A DNA stretch of 64,000 nucleotides from Klebsormidium nitens (GCA_000708835.1 DF237195.1:1-64000), one strand, 5' to 3'; counted from the stretch's first letter, positions 30,754-45,500 are shown. Program-made: numbers and translations. Notes: generated from the sequence alone by a model not told the origin.

Positions 30754-32454
30754 TCAGGGAGTCAACACGGACACCCCGGGTGCGCCCGGGTTGCTGACTG
30801 TGACGCCGCCCGGTGTGATGGAAAGGCCTCCGGGGCTGGTGATTGCAATCCCGGGCACTAGAGACCCGGTGGAAGATGTGGACGCCGGGACGGTTGTCGG
30901 GGTCAGCATCGTTGGAGCCGGATTGGCTGTCTGGGTCGATACCGGTGTGGTGACGACGGGCGTAACGAACGGGAAGCAGATGAGGCGTCCTGGGAGAGAA
31001 CCAGCCGTTAGGACAGCGACACTGATCCAGACTACGAATTCTTCGTTTCTGGTTGGAAGATGCTGGGGCGATGGATTTTGATAACACAATCAAGAAGTAC
31101 TTTTAATCTTTTAACTGACGTTCGCTTGCAGTCGAGCCTCTGGGCAAGCCCAAGGGTGCGTTGGAGTAAAGGGGCATAGAGCAAGGTCTCGCCACCCTTT
31201 GCAAAGCTGGAAATTTGGATCACGTTAACAGAAAGACCAAAGACAGGCCTTGGTTACGAGCGAGTCACATAGAAAGACTTGAGAAACTCTTAATGAGTCA
31301 GTCTGCTTCTCGTCACTCTATCAGAAAGCTGCTAGCCAGAAGGCCCTTCCTGGCCTCGTTAGGAATCCTAACAGCTGGCAGACGAGCTGGCAACTGCAAG
31401 ATCAGATCCAAGAATGACTCGACCACGTGTCCTCTTTTGGTCTTACAACATCACGTACCAATGGGGAGGACGTTTACGGCAATCGTAGTCACAACGGCCC
31501 CGTTCTGCTTGCAGGCCCACTTGAGGCTCCCGTCCGTCTGACAGATGTGGCCATCCGGAGTGTTAAAGCCGAACTGCGACTGGCCGTCCTGGGTCCACTC
31601 GGTGATTCCGTTCACCACTGCTGAGCCGCCTTGAGCAAGGAGGTGGCGCCCGGTAGGTGATCCCCGGGCCCCCTCGGTGATTCCGTTGACGCCTTCCTGG
31701 ACGAGGAGGTGACGCCCGGCAAGTGACTCGCGACCCTGCTTACGCAGAAAGAAACTGGAAACTGTTAATGAAGGGCCTCCTGCGAAATTATACAAGGAAG
31801 AAATCTGAGACCCTTGTCAGGAAAGCATGCTAGCGTCACATTTGGGTGGCCTCTAGAAGCAGCGGATGAGCGACGTGACCCTACAAAATTGGTGTTGACA
31901 GGAGGAGGCTGGAAAAGGGCAGTAGTACTAGGGGCGCAACGTCTTGGAACTTGGGGCATCCATGAGACGCCTTCTTTCAAAGAAGACAGCCAGTTTCATG
32001 CAAGAAGACTCTGGAAGCTGATGCCCTTCGAAAGGGTCACAATCCCGGAAATTTGTGCACCGTCAGGGCACCGGTTAAGGGCACCAAAGAAGTAGGAAGA
32101 TGCCTTCTGAATGCTTTTAGACTCATTCGCCTCAATGCTTTACTGAGCTCAACCAACACGAAGCAGAGAGCCTTTGCGGCAGAAATCAGGCTCCGATCTC
32201 ACATAATTCTCTAAGGCAGAATTGCCCGTCTCGTTTTGATGAGTTTTCTGCTAGATCCATAACTTCATTGCACGAGACATCCACGAGAGATACATTTTAC
32301 AACGCAGATAAGGATCTTGGAATTCAAAACCCGGAACCAAATTAGAAGCAAGAAGTCGTTGAAACAAGGCCCTACTTTCTTTGTGAACGAAGCTCACCTG
32401 AGTGACCATCAGAGTCACAAAAAGAAGAAAAGCAGAGCCACGAAGAAGCGCCAT
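30754..32454 (-). CDS. Secreted protein (189 aa) with two RHLL motifs, a Cys-containing core and a Pro/Thr/Gly-rich tail
   Basis: Exons 32454-32398 (MALLRGSAFLLFVTLMVTQ, signal-peptide-like), 31735-31459, 30989-30754 (TGA); GT-AG and in phase. An extra exon in intron 1 cannot be excluded. Confidence 0.72.
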
Positions 32455-33544
32455 TATGCTTATTTCTTGCGGCGGACGCATCCCTGCCTGCGGTGAACTC
32501 TCTTTGGCGTGACAGCAGCGCCTCTAGCCAAACATAAACAAATAGGTCTGCGTTGCAGCATCATGCTTGAAAGTCCTGGTTTCACCAAAGTCAGCTATCA
32601 GACGGTGCTGTTTCGAAGTCTTTCCCGAGCTTCCGTGACTCGACAACCTCCATTTTACTTCCTCTTTTTACCAGATGGTTTACTGTTTACTGCCTTCTAC
32701 CAGAGCTTGGGCCTGGGCTAGAGGGGTGTCATGAGTACATGATTCACATTCAATCAGCCGCACAGGATTCACGGACTCCGGTTTGCTTTCTTTTGATAAC
32801 GCCATAGTATCCAAAGAAATGAGCTCTAGTGACGGCTCTTTCGATGACTTCCAGGCTCGAGCTGTCTGAGATGGGGCACCATTTTCCTGCTTCTTCGTGC
32901 AACACACTTCCTCTTCTGTTCAAGCTCTGCTCTAGCAGCAAATAACAGGCGGCTGGTTACTATACTGATATTCGACGGCGAGCGTCCTACTCCGCTGTAA
33001 TCGCGCGGCGGCCTTGTGCGCGTCGAAAGAGAAGCCCGTTCGAACGCGGCCCCTCTGAGGCTATGTCGATCAACGAGGAATGGCTCGTTCGTCAAGTCTA
33101 GAGTCTTTACATGATATCAGGCTAAGATTTCACGTGGTTCCAATCAATTGTCAGTGAAGAATAAGGTGCATGCCCCAAAGCAAAGGCGCTGGAAGGCAGA
33201 AAGTTGCGCGCACCGTTCAGAGCGAGGCAAGCCTAGGAGAGCAAAATAATTGAAGCAGGTGCCACCAAAAGCAGGGCTGAAGAGCAAGATTTCTGGCGCT
33301 GCGTCCTCGCGCGGTCCCTATGAGCTTCAGCGACTTGCTTGCTTCGAAAATGTTTGACAGGGGCTGAATGATCTGCTCGGTGGCAAGCTTTGCGTGGAAA
33401 GCAGGAAGAAGAAGCGAGGGTTCGGGTTAGAAGGACAAGGTTGCTGAAAGGGTGGAGCATGCAGCTGAGCTTGATTCGAACGAGTAAAGGGTGGATCTGC
33501 TTCTCTGAAAAGTTTTTGCTATTTGACTCGACAAGTAGCTTATC

Positions 33545-36500
33545 ATGTCTGATTCTGCGAGAGGGGAATGCAAGTTTCAAGCAGGAGACGTTGTTGAATA
33601 CAAGAGTTCCAAAAAGGGCTTACGGGGGTCTTGGTTCAGATCTAAGGTAAGAAAGAAAATTAATCATTCATGCATCTTTTGTCAGCCTTCATGAGTATGA
33701 TTGCTGAAGATGGGGGAGCGGTCATCTTACCAAACCAATCTTGGACCTGTGATTGGAATTGCCTCGTGTATTGCACTCAGAGACGCTAGAAGATACTTCA
33801 TTTCACTGGAAAGAGATTGACCTTCCTCTTCTCTGGCTAATCATGCAAGGCTTACTTCTAAGTTTCCATACCAGCATCTAGCACAATTAGTTTGCATCAC
33901 CAGGCCCCATTTGTATCGATGGACATAACAGGACATAGCGATAGGGACCAACTTTCTCGTATGTTGCATCGGTAGACTGCTGACCAGATCATTTGGATAT
34001 GGTCAGGAGTCCAGCTGATAACACTGAGCTATTCTGCACAGATCGTAGAGGTCTCCCATGGGCAGGCCCAGGATACTAGATATCTGCACCTCAGATGCCT
34101 TGACTTCCATGATGGTAAGGCTTCCATCCCTCCAAGTCAATATAGGATCAAAGAAACTTCGACAGAAAAGCTAAAAGCAGAATCTCTTACCCTTTCGTGA
34201 TGTTGCATAGTTGGATCTCAGCCACTTGTCAATGGCAGGTTGGATCAAACAGGAATCTCCTCAACAGAATCAAGGGAAGCACCTGAGCCATCAGGACAGA
34301 AGAATGAAAAGACTTTTCAGTCTTTTGAGAACATATTGCGCTTGAGAAACTCAATAAGTCAGGATCTCTTTGCCAAAATTAGGCTCTACCGAATGCTCAG
34401 TATCGGTAGAACTCTTGGACTGGTTGTTTAAACGCACAGCTCGACAATAAGTATCGGGGTCTTCAGAGGGACCTGTCTGCTGAAAAGGCTCTCAAAATCA
34501 GCCTTATCTGGCAGGAACAGGGCAGAAAGCTCATCACTTCTGCTTGGCAAGGGGCCAGCTGCAACAGATGAGAAATGGATTCCAGTCGAGTTGTGGTCAA
34601 AGAAGCCGTCAATAACTCTGATATTTAGCCCCTGTCGTCCTCAGTTTCTTTGCTGACATATTTTGGAAGATTGACAAAACGATACGAGCATTTGCCAAGC
34701 TTTTTGATTGAGATCTGGAGTCAACCTGTCTTGCAAACTCCTCCTCCAGTTGACTGCCAAGAGGAGCCGCACGTTGTTCCTCTGTTTGAGGCTTGCCCGA
34801 CGTCATCCCCGAGCAAAAAGACCAGGGTGCTGACGTCACGGCCTGAGCCGCCACCCATCTACCGTTCGACGAAGCCGCTGACAGAGCCCAAGCATGACGC
34901 GGACAAGCTGTTCTTCCATCGGACGAGAAAGTGAGAAAGCTGAAACGCACTGCATGCGAACATCAAGATGGACCAACGTGATCAAAATTCTTCGTTTAGT
35001 TCAGAAAGGACTACAGTTTTAGCATGAATCATTGTAAAATATAGGGTCCTACTCAAAATTTATTGAGCGGCTAATCAGAAACATGAAAGTTTTCTTCTTT
35101 CGAATATTTTGCACCGGTAGGTATTGACCCAAACAGCTAGTAGAGAAGGACACTCTAACGAGATGCTCCGCTGCAGCGAACGAGAGCTAAAGATTTGTCG
35201 TCTTCACACCTGAAAATATCCATGTGGCGTGAAGAGTCTCTTCGCTTGTCGCGCTCAACCTTCGCATACTCTGATGTGATTGCAGTCAGGGAGCAATATA
35301 AATTCCCCCAGAGTTTGAGCAGTTCCGTTCCTCTTCCGCTCAGGTACGCTGTCGGCGATGCCGTGGACGCGTTCATCAACATCTGCTGGTGGGAGGTGCA
35401 CATCACCGCTCTGAACGGCCAGGAGGCACAGGTAAGCGTCAGAAGCCAGATTGTCAGGTCTTCGGCATTCGATTATGGCCCGCTTCAACGCGAAAGAACG
35501 AACGGGGAAAGCCTGGACTGCAGTAAAAGTGGGATTCAAAACCCCCTAAATTGTCGACTCAGTGTCCGGTGGCCATGCTGCACTAGCGAAAGCAAAAGTC
35601 GAAGCTCGTGGTCAAGGCAAAATCAAGACGCAAACTATGTTCAGTCTGACAGCTATCTTCTTTGGGTCAAAGAAAGAGCTTCACTAATTTTCCTCAGGTG
35701 GAAGCCAAGCAGCCTCCTGAGGGTGAAGGCGGTGCTGCCTCCGTCAGCTTCAAGCATCTGCGGCCGACGTTCATCTGGAAGAAAGACACGTGGACGCTGC
35801 CCCCGACCAAGGATGGCCTACCTCCGCTGGGAGTCTTCGAAGGTGAGCTAGACAAAGCATTCTCAGGGTTCGACGTACAACTCACATCGGTGTACATCCA
35901 TCATGTCTCAAAGAGGGCCGATAGGCACTCCCGCCAAATTTAGCCGGTGCTGCATCGAGCGTCAGCTGGGCTTTCTTGGGCCGCAAGTGGATTTTAAAAG
36001 ATCACTGGAAAATTCTTAGGTTCTTGCTCCCGAAAGGCAGATTTTGCAGCTACGAAGGAAAGACTCCTTCAATGAAGAAGTTTGTCAGATTCCTTGTAAA
36101 AGTAGGAAAAGCTTTCAAGACTTTCAAGAAGCGAAGTCCAACATTGAGCGTTTAGGTATTGATGCAGATTCTAAACGCTCACCTTTCAGTATCAATTTTT
36201 CTCTCCTTCCAGTTGCGCCCGAAAGATTTTCACTCCCGACCGGTTTCCTTCCCCGGTCGGCGAAGTCCGACCAACCGGCTGACGATACTGTCACCGCCAC
36301 CAGCCTGGCAGCCGAAGACATCCGGCGAGGTTTCGAGACGCTCCTCGAGAACGTGCCCCGGAGAAGTCACCCGGGCGGATTCCAGCGCGAGCTCCGAGGG
36401 TTATCCAAGCAGAAGATCCAGCCGTTCCCGACAAGTCCGCCAGGCAGCGGAAGCGGCGGAGCGCCCGCGCGCACGCGCGCGCTCTCGAAAGGCTCGAGCG

Positions 36501-39500
36501 GCAAGGAGGGAACAAAACAGAAAGATCTGGAGCCTGTTAGCGAAGGCTTGGGCTGGGGCGGGAAAGCAAGTCGCGGCCCCAGAGTCCGGAACGGTTCCGC
36601 AGAGAGCGGAACAGCGGAAAAGCCGTCGGGTGGGAACGAGAGCGATCGGCCCAACGTCACACCTGTGCGTCAAAAGCAGCCGAAGAAGCCGCAGAAATGC
36701 AAAGAGGAGCCGGCGGCTGAAAATCCCGGTCAGTTTCTCCCAGATCTCCTCGGGGGATGGGAAAGCGTGTCGGTTGACGTTGCCCGGCGCGCCTTCGAGC
36801 AGCTGAACGGGTGGACGCCCGACGAGGCCATGATGCGGAGCCGGTGCGTGGACATACGGGCGTGGTACCGAGCAAAGTTTGAGAAGATGCTCCAGAGCAC
36901 GCGCCGCTTCGTGCGGTTCCTGAGGGCAAACAAGCACGAGTTTAAGTCGGAGCGCTGGGACCGGGGCCACGTGTCAGTCGGAGACTGGCCACCGCAGAAC
37001 GGCAAGGGGCAACTAGAGGCGGACGACAAAAAGAGCGGAGCAGGTACGGTGAGCGCAGCTGCTGCTGACGTAACGAAGCGGATGTCCGGGGGAAAGGAAC
37101 CGCAGCCCAAGCAGAGAATAAAATGCAGTGAGGGCCGGGGCCGCGCAACAGAAGAGCGGGCGCTCAGCGCGCGCGATCGCCAGCTTCACTTCCCCCGGTC
37201 GGAAACTGGCCCCACGCTGAAACCTTCCCTACATGGGCCAGCGTTGTGCGAGGGCGTCAAAAAAGCTAAAAGCAAGCGGCGCTTCTCTACCGACCCTCTC
37301 CCAGTTCTGGCCCTGCCGTGCCCCCTCCTGGAATCGCGCCAGCCCGTCGCACAGCCCGCCATGCTACCCGGTACAGACCGGCTACCAGTTCTCGCCCTAC
37401 CATGCCCCCTCCTCGAATCGCGCGAGACGGTCGCACAGCCTGCGATGCTGCCCGGTACGGACCATTCGGTTGCAAAGCAGGCAGAAACGTCGACGTACGA
37501 TCCCACGGCTCCTCTCCAGCATCATTCTAGAGCCCAAACGAGTCAAGAAGGGTTCTATGACGAGACTGAAGCCAAGTCGATAGAGCGGGGCTCTCGAGTA
37601 CGGATGGAACCATCTCTATCCGGGTTGGGAATGGGAGAAAAACAAAGAGCGGAAGCGGAAGGTGGAGCAGAACATGAGGCGGAACCAGAACCTCAAGGTG
37701 AAGAGAAAGTGAACTTGCAAGCGAGTGTAAGAGCGGAAGGGGAAGACAAGTTTGGGACTGAAGCGGACGCCAAAGTGGGGGAAGAGGTGAAAACAGGAGT
37801 GGAGTTGTCGGCGCCTTCTGAGGGAGCCTCTATGGATCCTAGCCTCGGTGAACGGCGGTCTTGCAGTACGGAAAGGTGAGGATGTGTATGAAACTGAGCT
37901 CAAAGCAGCAATCTGTAACAAGAAGGATTTCGAGATCCCCAATTCGTCACCACAACAGGATTCCCAACCTATCAAAGAAACGATCACGAGAAGAAGCAAG
38001 CGGCATCTTTCGTGGCTTTTCGACATAGAATGTTTTTGCTCAAGTAAAGAATGTTTTTCTAATGATTAACAATGTATGTTTGAAAATATTCTGCTTTTTT
38101 CCGCTTCTCTGTTAGCTTCTTTGAGTTTCAGAAATAAAAGAGACCAGACCTTTGAACCTCTGCAAGTTTCACTTCGACAAGCGGAAATTGTTGAAATCAT
38201 CGTCGACATCTGCCAAGTACGTACCGAATTGAAATTGTTTTTGTTTTGGCTGCTTTCGATTCTAAGAATAGCAAGTATCTTAAAGGTCTCACCAACGGAC
38301 GAATGAAAGCGGCGCCGACTTTGTCAGCTGCCTGGAGCCGTCCGAGGCCGAAGACTCGGCGCGCGCGTTGCTTGACACGTGGACGCCGGACGCGCTGGAC
38401 GAGGCACGTGGGCTGTTCTACATGGTGAACGGGTGGCTGCCGGACGAGGACGAGCTGGGGGCGGTAGAGACGTCCGAATGGTTCCGACAGAAGCTGGAGC
38501 GACTGGTGAAGGCCGGGGAAAGATGCTGTCAGATAGAAGGCGGGGAGGGCGTGCGTTTCGTTGCGTGGGTAGGTGGAGAGGCGGCGCAACTCAATGAGAA
38601 GGGGGGAACAGAGGAAGGCGATGCTGAAGAACGATGCCAAGAGCGGGGAGCACGGGATGCGGCAGATTTGGGCGACTTTAGAGGTGGGAAAGCCGAGCCT
38701 TCTAAGGGGGAAACAACGGAAACGGTTAGGGGGGCAGTCGACGAAGAGCCAAGCGTCCCATTGACGGCGATGCAGAAAACCTCCGAAGACCCCTGCGAAG
38801 CGAGTAAGATAGAAGACGATGCAGAGAAACAGAGAGGAGAGTGTCCAAATCTGGATTCAGAGGGCTCCCCAAAAGGCAAAGCGGCGGATGGGGGCGAGGT
38901 TGAAGCCGGCGGTGAGGGCTCTGGTGAGGGCGTTTTCGAGCGAGCCTTCGAGAATTTTGTAAATGAGACAAGCGAAGCCTTCTGGACGGGTGAGAGTGAA
39001 CAAGAGTGGGCGAATTCGAATCAGAAGGGCGAGTCGGATTTAAAAGCTTCCCGAATGGAGGCGAGCGAGCAGGGTGCGGAAGTTTCTTCGGAAAGCGCAA
39101 GGGTGGAGCCTAGTTCTGGGGCTGAAACGCAGGCGGGCTTGATGTGGACGCAAAAAAGCGCAAGGGGTCTGAGAAGGGGAAAGGAGGTGCCTTCGGAGGC
39201 ACCGGCGATCGGGTCTCTGGGCCCTGAGGATTCTGAAAATGCGGCGCTCGCATTGGAAGACGGGCAAAGAAAAGACGCAAAGGAGGAAAATTTGCAACTA
39301 AAGGATTCCAAAAACGAAGCGGAAGCGCAGAGAGGAGCCGAAGCAGGAAGGGAGCCGGAAGCGGAGCCGAGAGATCAGGCGGAACGGGGCGCGGAAGCAG
39401 AAGAAGAAGCGCTGGACAGCGAAGCGAAAAGGGAAATAGAAGTTCCTGTGGAGAAGGAGCAGCCTCCGATTACAGCTAATATTCAAATGGACGGATTGGA

Positions 39501-42500
39501 AGCGCTAGAAGTTGCGCGGACTGTGGTGAGGATGGAAATGTCAACCGAAATTGATGACTTTCCGCTTGCTCTGCGGTTTGGCTTGGGGAAGGCCGGGAAG
39601 GTGGCTGTCGCAAAGAGCGGTGTGACCGAAGGTTTAGAGGTTTTAGGTACGGGCAGAGTGTGGGCCGGAGACAGCAGCCCAACGGATGCGGGTTCAGTCC
39701 AAGACGGTGCAGCGCCAGCGGTGTCCGCTCCGGAAGAACTTCCGGCGGAAGAACGGAAGCCCGTCGTTAGTGACTTGGCAGGGCAGAACCTGGAACACGC
39801 GCAGAACCGTGACGACTTCCGCAAGCATCTCCTGCGCAACGTCTGCGCTCTCGCCAACGCAAGCCGGGAGCGGAAGGCGGAAGCGGTGCGGAGGATGGGT
39901 TTCCGCCGGCGGAGTCCGTTTATCGCGGAAGCCTTCGACGCGCAGAGCGCGGCCGCGGTGATCGAGGCAGTGGAACGTGCGGGGCTTCCTTGCCTGTCGC
40001 GGAATGCGGCGACGGGCCGTTTTGAGGTGGGGCGGAATGCTAACGGAACGGCGAGACACAGGATGCCGGACGGATGGTACGAAGAAGTGGTACGTGAGGT
40101 TGGGTACCGAGGTGCATCTAGCCAGAAGGCTGCAGCGGAAAACGACGGTGAGTCTGTAACTTTAACTTCAGAGTTGACTTGCTGCTAACCCATCCTAGAT
40201 GCCCTAGATGAATACACTGGCTGCTACCTTAGTATTTCAAAAGCGTAAGTACAGTCCCTCAATCTAATAAGATGGACTTCAGACCTTAAATCAGGGCGCG
40301 CACGCGCTTCATGCTGTAAGCTAAGTGTTCAGATTCTTTGCCCAATACTGTTTCAAAAGTCGGGATTGCTTTTGAAAAACATACGTACTGTCTCGTGATC
40401 TATCGGTGCAGTACGCTGCACAAGGCGTTTTGTTTTGGATACAATGTGCATCTAGTATGAAGCGTTCGCAAAACAAATGTTTTACAGAGTACCCTCCCTC
40501 ATTTTCACCTTTAGCAGACACCCGAGATAACTTTCGAGACCTATCTAGCCACTGCGGAGCCCATATAATGGCAAGCTACAGTAGCGTCTGTCTTTTCTTT
40601 GACTTACCTTGTATTTGCAGGGTGCTCAACTGGAACCGGACTCACGACGCGGGAGAAAGTGAAGGTCTACAACTTCGTCGGAAAGCTGATGCAGGATGTT
40701 GTTGTGATGCTTCAAAGAATGCAGAAGGTGAGACTACGCGCTTGAAATTCTTCATGATATGTAACCTGGGGAGATCTGTGCAGGTGAATTAATCTGTTTT
40801 CGTTCTTGCACTATTCCAAAATTTGGCAAAGGACGTCCTCGATACTTGAAAAGCCAGCATCTTACTCAGACAGGCTGGTGCAGAGCTTAGATCCTATGTC
40901 TAGGCTTCGAACTGTTTTCCTTCCTACTCGCCACTTCAAAGCCTGTTTTTTCCGAAAGCTGTGAGGATCTGGCACCCTTTGAATTCTCCTAGGATTTTGC
41001 TGATGATTTTGCTGAATTTTGAATACGTACAGATTACCTTGAATCTCGTTTCATAAAGCAAATAAAGTAACAAATCTAAACAATACAGGGCACGAGAGTG
41101 GAGACTGTGACAACAAAAGTTCGAAGCTAGGAAAAGAACGGGTGCCATCCCACTTGCATGACTTGCGTAGGATGTATATCTGTATTCTGCTCTACTCCGC
41201 ATCGATCATCGACAGATAGTTTGTATTTGAGGAAGTGAGCATAGCTTTTGAGTGTCAAGAGTGTAGGGCAAGATCCGAATGCTTACTCCCAGCTCTGCTT
41301 TCCTCAGGCGGAACGCAACGTGGTTGACACGTCCTCTTTGCAAGACGGAGTGGTGCTACTTTCAGCAGAAAACTGCGCGCGCGCGGCCGCGAGAGATGGT
41401 CAAGCGGACGGGCAGCGCGGTGACTACGTCCAAGAAGAGCCTGGCGAGCAGAAACTCGACGCTCCGTACGAGGCGGCTGGCAGATTGGATACAAAGCTCG
41501 TAAGGGGAGAAGCAAGCTGCACGACGGGGCTGAAGGAAGCTCACGAGCTCCTGCGGAAGTTGGGGGGAGCGGGAAGCTTGGGCCTCGAGAACGCGGCTGC
41601 CTCCGTCCTGAGACTGAGAGCCGCGGAAGTAGCAAACGAAGCCCGGAACATAAAGGAAACGGAAACGGATGGGGAAGAAACAACTCCGAGGCTTTTTCAG
41701 GGAAGAAAGGAGCCTTTGCGCCCGGCAAAAGAGGAATCCGAGGGAGCCGCTTTTGAGAACGCCAGCGAGGGAGAGAACCGGCAGCTGCATTTGCGGTTCG
41801 AAGACTTACCGCTCGCTGTGTTACTAAACTCAAGCAAGGCCGGGGGGATGGCAGAGGCGGGTGGCGGAGGATCTCGTGCAGATCGGGAAGCGGAGGGGAT
41901 CTACCCAGGTACGGTTCTACCTGCGGGCGAGGATTTGCAAGAAGAGAGGCCAACCGTCAAAGACATGTGTGCTGGAGCTGATGACGTGGCGGAGCCGGAG
42001 CGTGCGAAGAAGACACGGGTCAGCGGGCGCTTTCTGCGCGCAGTGTGCGCGCTTGCCAACGCGCGCAAAGAAGAGAAGGCGGAAGCCCTGAGAAAGATGC
42101 AGACTCGTCCCGGAAACAGGTTCTCTGAGGGTGGGTTCGACGCGCGGCGCGCCCTCACGCTGCTCGAGGCCGTCGAGCGCGCAGCTCTTCCGTCGCTGAC
42201 GCGGAACGCGGCGACGGGCCGTTTCGAAGAAGGGCGCACAGCTGACGGAATCGCTAAAACGAGGCTGCCGGATGGTTGGCACGACGCAGTAACATTCGAA
42301 GTTGGTTACAAGGCGACTTCTGCTGAGCGGGCGTCTCAAGATATCAGGAGTAGTTTGGGTAAGCTTTCCAGCAACCGTGGCCTTTCATTCTGCGTGCGTA
42401 CTCCTAAGAGTCGACTTCCGGCATTCTAACCCTGAGAGTCTTTGCTGGTCTGTCTGCGCTCAAATTGGGGAAGGCGGCAGACGCAGGGCTTCGCTATATA

Positions 42501-45500
42501 AAACTGGAGGGGTTGCAGGCGTCAAAAGTGCAAGGTTTCCGGCGGTAGTTCCTTGACTCGAGGGTGGAGGCAGACCTAGCAAGATGTTGCTTGATTTCTT
42601 AACTTGAGGAACCGTCTGGACGAAATGACGAGAAGTCTTATCTTATTGCACCCTATGTTGAACATGAACGTCCTCGCTCTGTAAATGCAAGAAGCTGGCT
42701 TTAATCCCTCATAGGAGCTTTATGTTCCTCATGAGTCTTGCTCAGCTGTGTCTTTCTTTTGTTACAGGTCCCGGTCCCGTAATGACGCCAAAAGAGAAGA
42801 ACTATATGAGCAACTTCGTTGGGAACCTGGTCCAGCAGGTCAATAAAGTCCTCGAAAAGTTTGAGCAGGTGAGAAAAAATCCTCCCAAACTAAGTCTTTT
42901 CCAGATGTAGACTGTCGTTTCCTGGATCACGAACGATGTCGCGGTGTTCTTCTAAGCATCAAGTTCTGTACTGACGAATCAAAGTGCGAAACTGGCTTAT
43001 GGTCCGCATGATGTAAAGAAGGACTACAATCTGCTCAAGCCACTGATTGAAATCAGCTTTTTGATGTCATTGAGCCTAACATCGAGTCGTGTAGGTTATA
43101 AAATGCGCTACCGCAAAAGACGTTTCAAGATTCGAAGTCGTTCACATTCTTCTCGCAAATCCTTGCTGACCAACAAGCAACTTGACTGAGTCCGATTTCG
43201 TACCTTTCAGGCGGAGGACGCCGCCTCGGAGTGTCTGCAGTCGCTGGGTCTGGAAAGTAGGAAGCCGCTTCTGCTTTTGAACGAGGCCCCGCGTGCGAAA
43301 GAGTGTGCGAGCAAATCCCAGCTCAGAGGCCAGCATATCAATTCAAAGCAGATCAAGAGAAAGCCAACAGCAGCCAAAACGGGTTTAACTGAGGGGACGG
43401 CAACTGATCTTTCGAGCAAAGAGGGCAATCCGCGGAAGAGAGCCAAGCACGGCAGCGTCAGCATAGATCCTGATCTTCTGCGCCCCGTTGGAATCCAAAA
43501 CCAGCCGTCGAGCAAGGCCAGTTTTGAAGGGGCTGACCCGCGCACTTTGATACAGGGTGCTCTTCCGATAGACTCCGCTTTGCGCAGAGGAATAGAAGTT
43601 CAGGGCCCAGGAGCGCAAGTCGAAGCGGCGGCAGCAGCGGTAGAGCCATCACAGATTCAGACATGTTCCGGCAAATCTAAAGGGATCAAAGTTCTGGAAA
43701 ATACTGGGCCGTGGGCGAGCCTGGGCCTCGCCGGGGATCCAGCATTCCCTGAGCAGTCCTCAATCGGAAGGGGCCCCACGGAAAACGAAAGGTGTGAGAA
43801 GCGCGACAAGAATACGACATTGCTAAAATCTGCTTCCGCTCCTGAAGAAAGCGAGCCAGAGCCAATAGTTCTGAACGAGTTTTTCCCGAAGAAACGTGCA
43901 ACCGGGGCTAGAGACGTGGCAGAGTCGGCGCGCCGCGCGCCCATTCATAAGCGGCCCCCCGGCCGCCTGCTGCAGATGATATGCGCGCTCAGCAACGAGC
44001 GCCGGGAGCGGAAGGCCGGAGCGCTGCGCAGAATGCAGTCTGAGCGCGCGTCGAACCGGGTCGCGCTGGACGCGCGCCGCGCGCTCGCGCTGTTGGAGGC
44101 GGTGGAGCGAGCCGCGCAACCATACCTGGCACATAACGCGGTGACGGGCCGGCTCGAAGTGAAGGAGAGCGCCAACGGGAGCAAGAGAGTGACGATGGGC
44201 GCATGGCATGACGCTGTGGTTCGGGAAGTGGGCTTCAAAGGTTGCTGGGCTCATTTGGCCCCCAAGGAAGATGGGCAAAATACAGGTTGGCTATCCTCTC
44301 TAACCAAGGTTCAGAGATGTTATACATTTACTAGTAAGTATCTGCTGATGTCGAACAAGGCAGAGTCCGTTGAAGTCTGTTGCTTGCGCAGGGACAGTGG
44401 ATGCTTAGAGAAGAGCAGAGTCTGCAAACATGAACAAATTCCACTTCGGCTGTCCAGACTCTTCCACGTGTTCTTCCATGGAGCGCTTTTGGCTGCTCCT
44501 GACAATGATGTGATGTTCTCTACTTGATCGAACGTCCACGGCTGCGCTGGAAAAGCAGTCCTCCTCCAATCTGCATTTGTTTTTACGATTTTAGGGCTAG
44601 GCTAACAAGAATAGAAGTTGCTTTTTTGCAAATTGCAGCGGAGCTTCTTTCAAAGAATTCTTATGCAATTGAACTGGTGCGCTTATGCAGAGGCCAGAGA
44701 GGATAGAAAGCTGACAAAGGAGGCGAAGAGATATATGGGCCAATTCGTTGAGAAGCTAGTACAGGAGGTTCTTCACATGCTGGAGTGCATGAGTCAGGTA
44801 AAAACTCTGCATTCTCATTGAAGATGCTAAAATAGACGAATAAATCGGATTTCCCTGTAGTGTTTTGTTTCCTGCCTCTGCTAACATCCACATGTTGGTC
44901 CTCAGTTCGAACTTCATTAACGCTCTCGAACAAGATATACCGGGTCCTTGCCTTGTTGGAATGCAGATCAAGTGCTTGAACCTACTCTCAGGGAAAACTG
45001 TAACCGTCATTCAGAAAATATCTTTTGCTGCTCATGAGTTGACGTACGACTCTTGAGGGACGCACAATGATCTGTCTTACCAACAGTTATTCCGGTCATA
45101 GGGTGATGCTCTTGGTCAAGTAAATTTGGCTTGAAGTGAATATTCTAGCTTGCCATCAACCGACTAAGTCCCGTTTGATAATCGTTCAGGAGGAAGTATC
45201 CCTTATGGGAGCGCTGTCGATGCTGGGTCTGGAGACCGGAAGCCCGCTCCTCGCAATACCGAACGAGGCCGCACGCGCAGCCGGGAGCGATCACAAACCT
45301 GCAAAAAGGAAGCCCGAAGATCAGGCGTTGAAACGAAAGGAGAAGCGCAGCGAAACCCGGTGGGGGGAGGACGTCCAAGAAGGTAGTACACCAGGGGAAT
45401 GCGTCGGTGAGGGCCGGCCAATGAAGAGAGCGAAGCACGAATCCCTCACCCAAACTCCAGAGTTTCCATCCCGTTCTGAAACCCAAACTCGTCCATCGGA

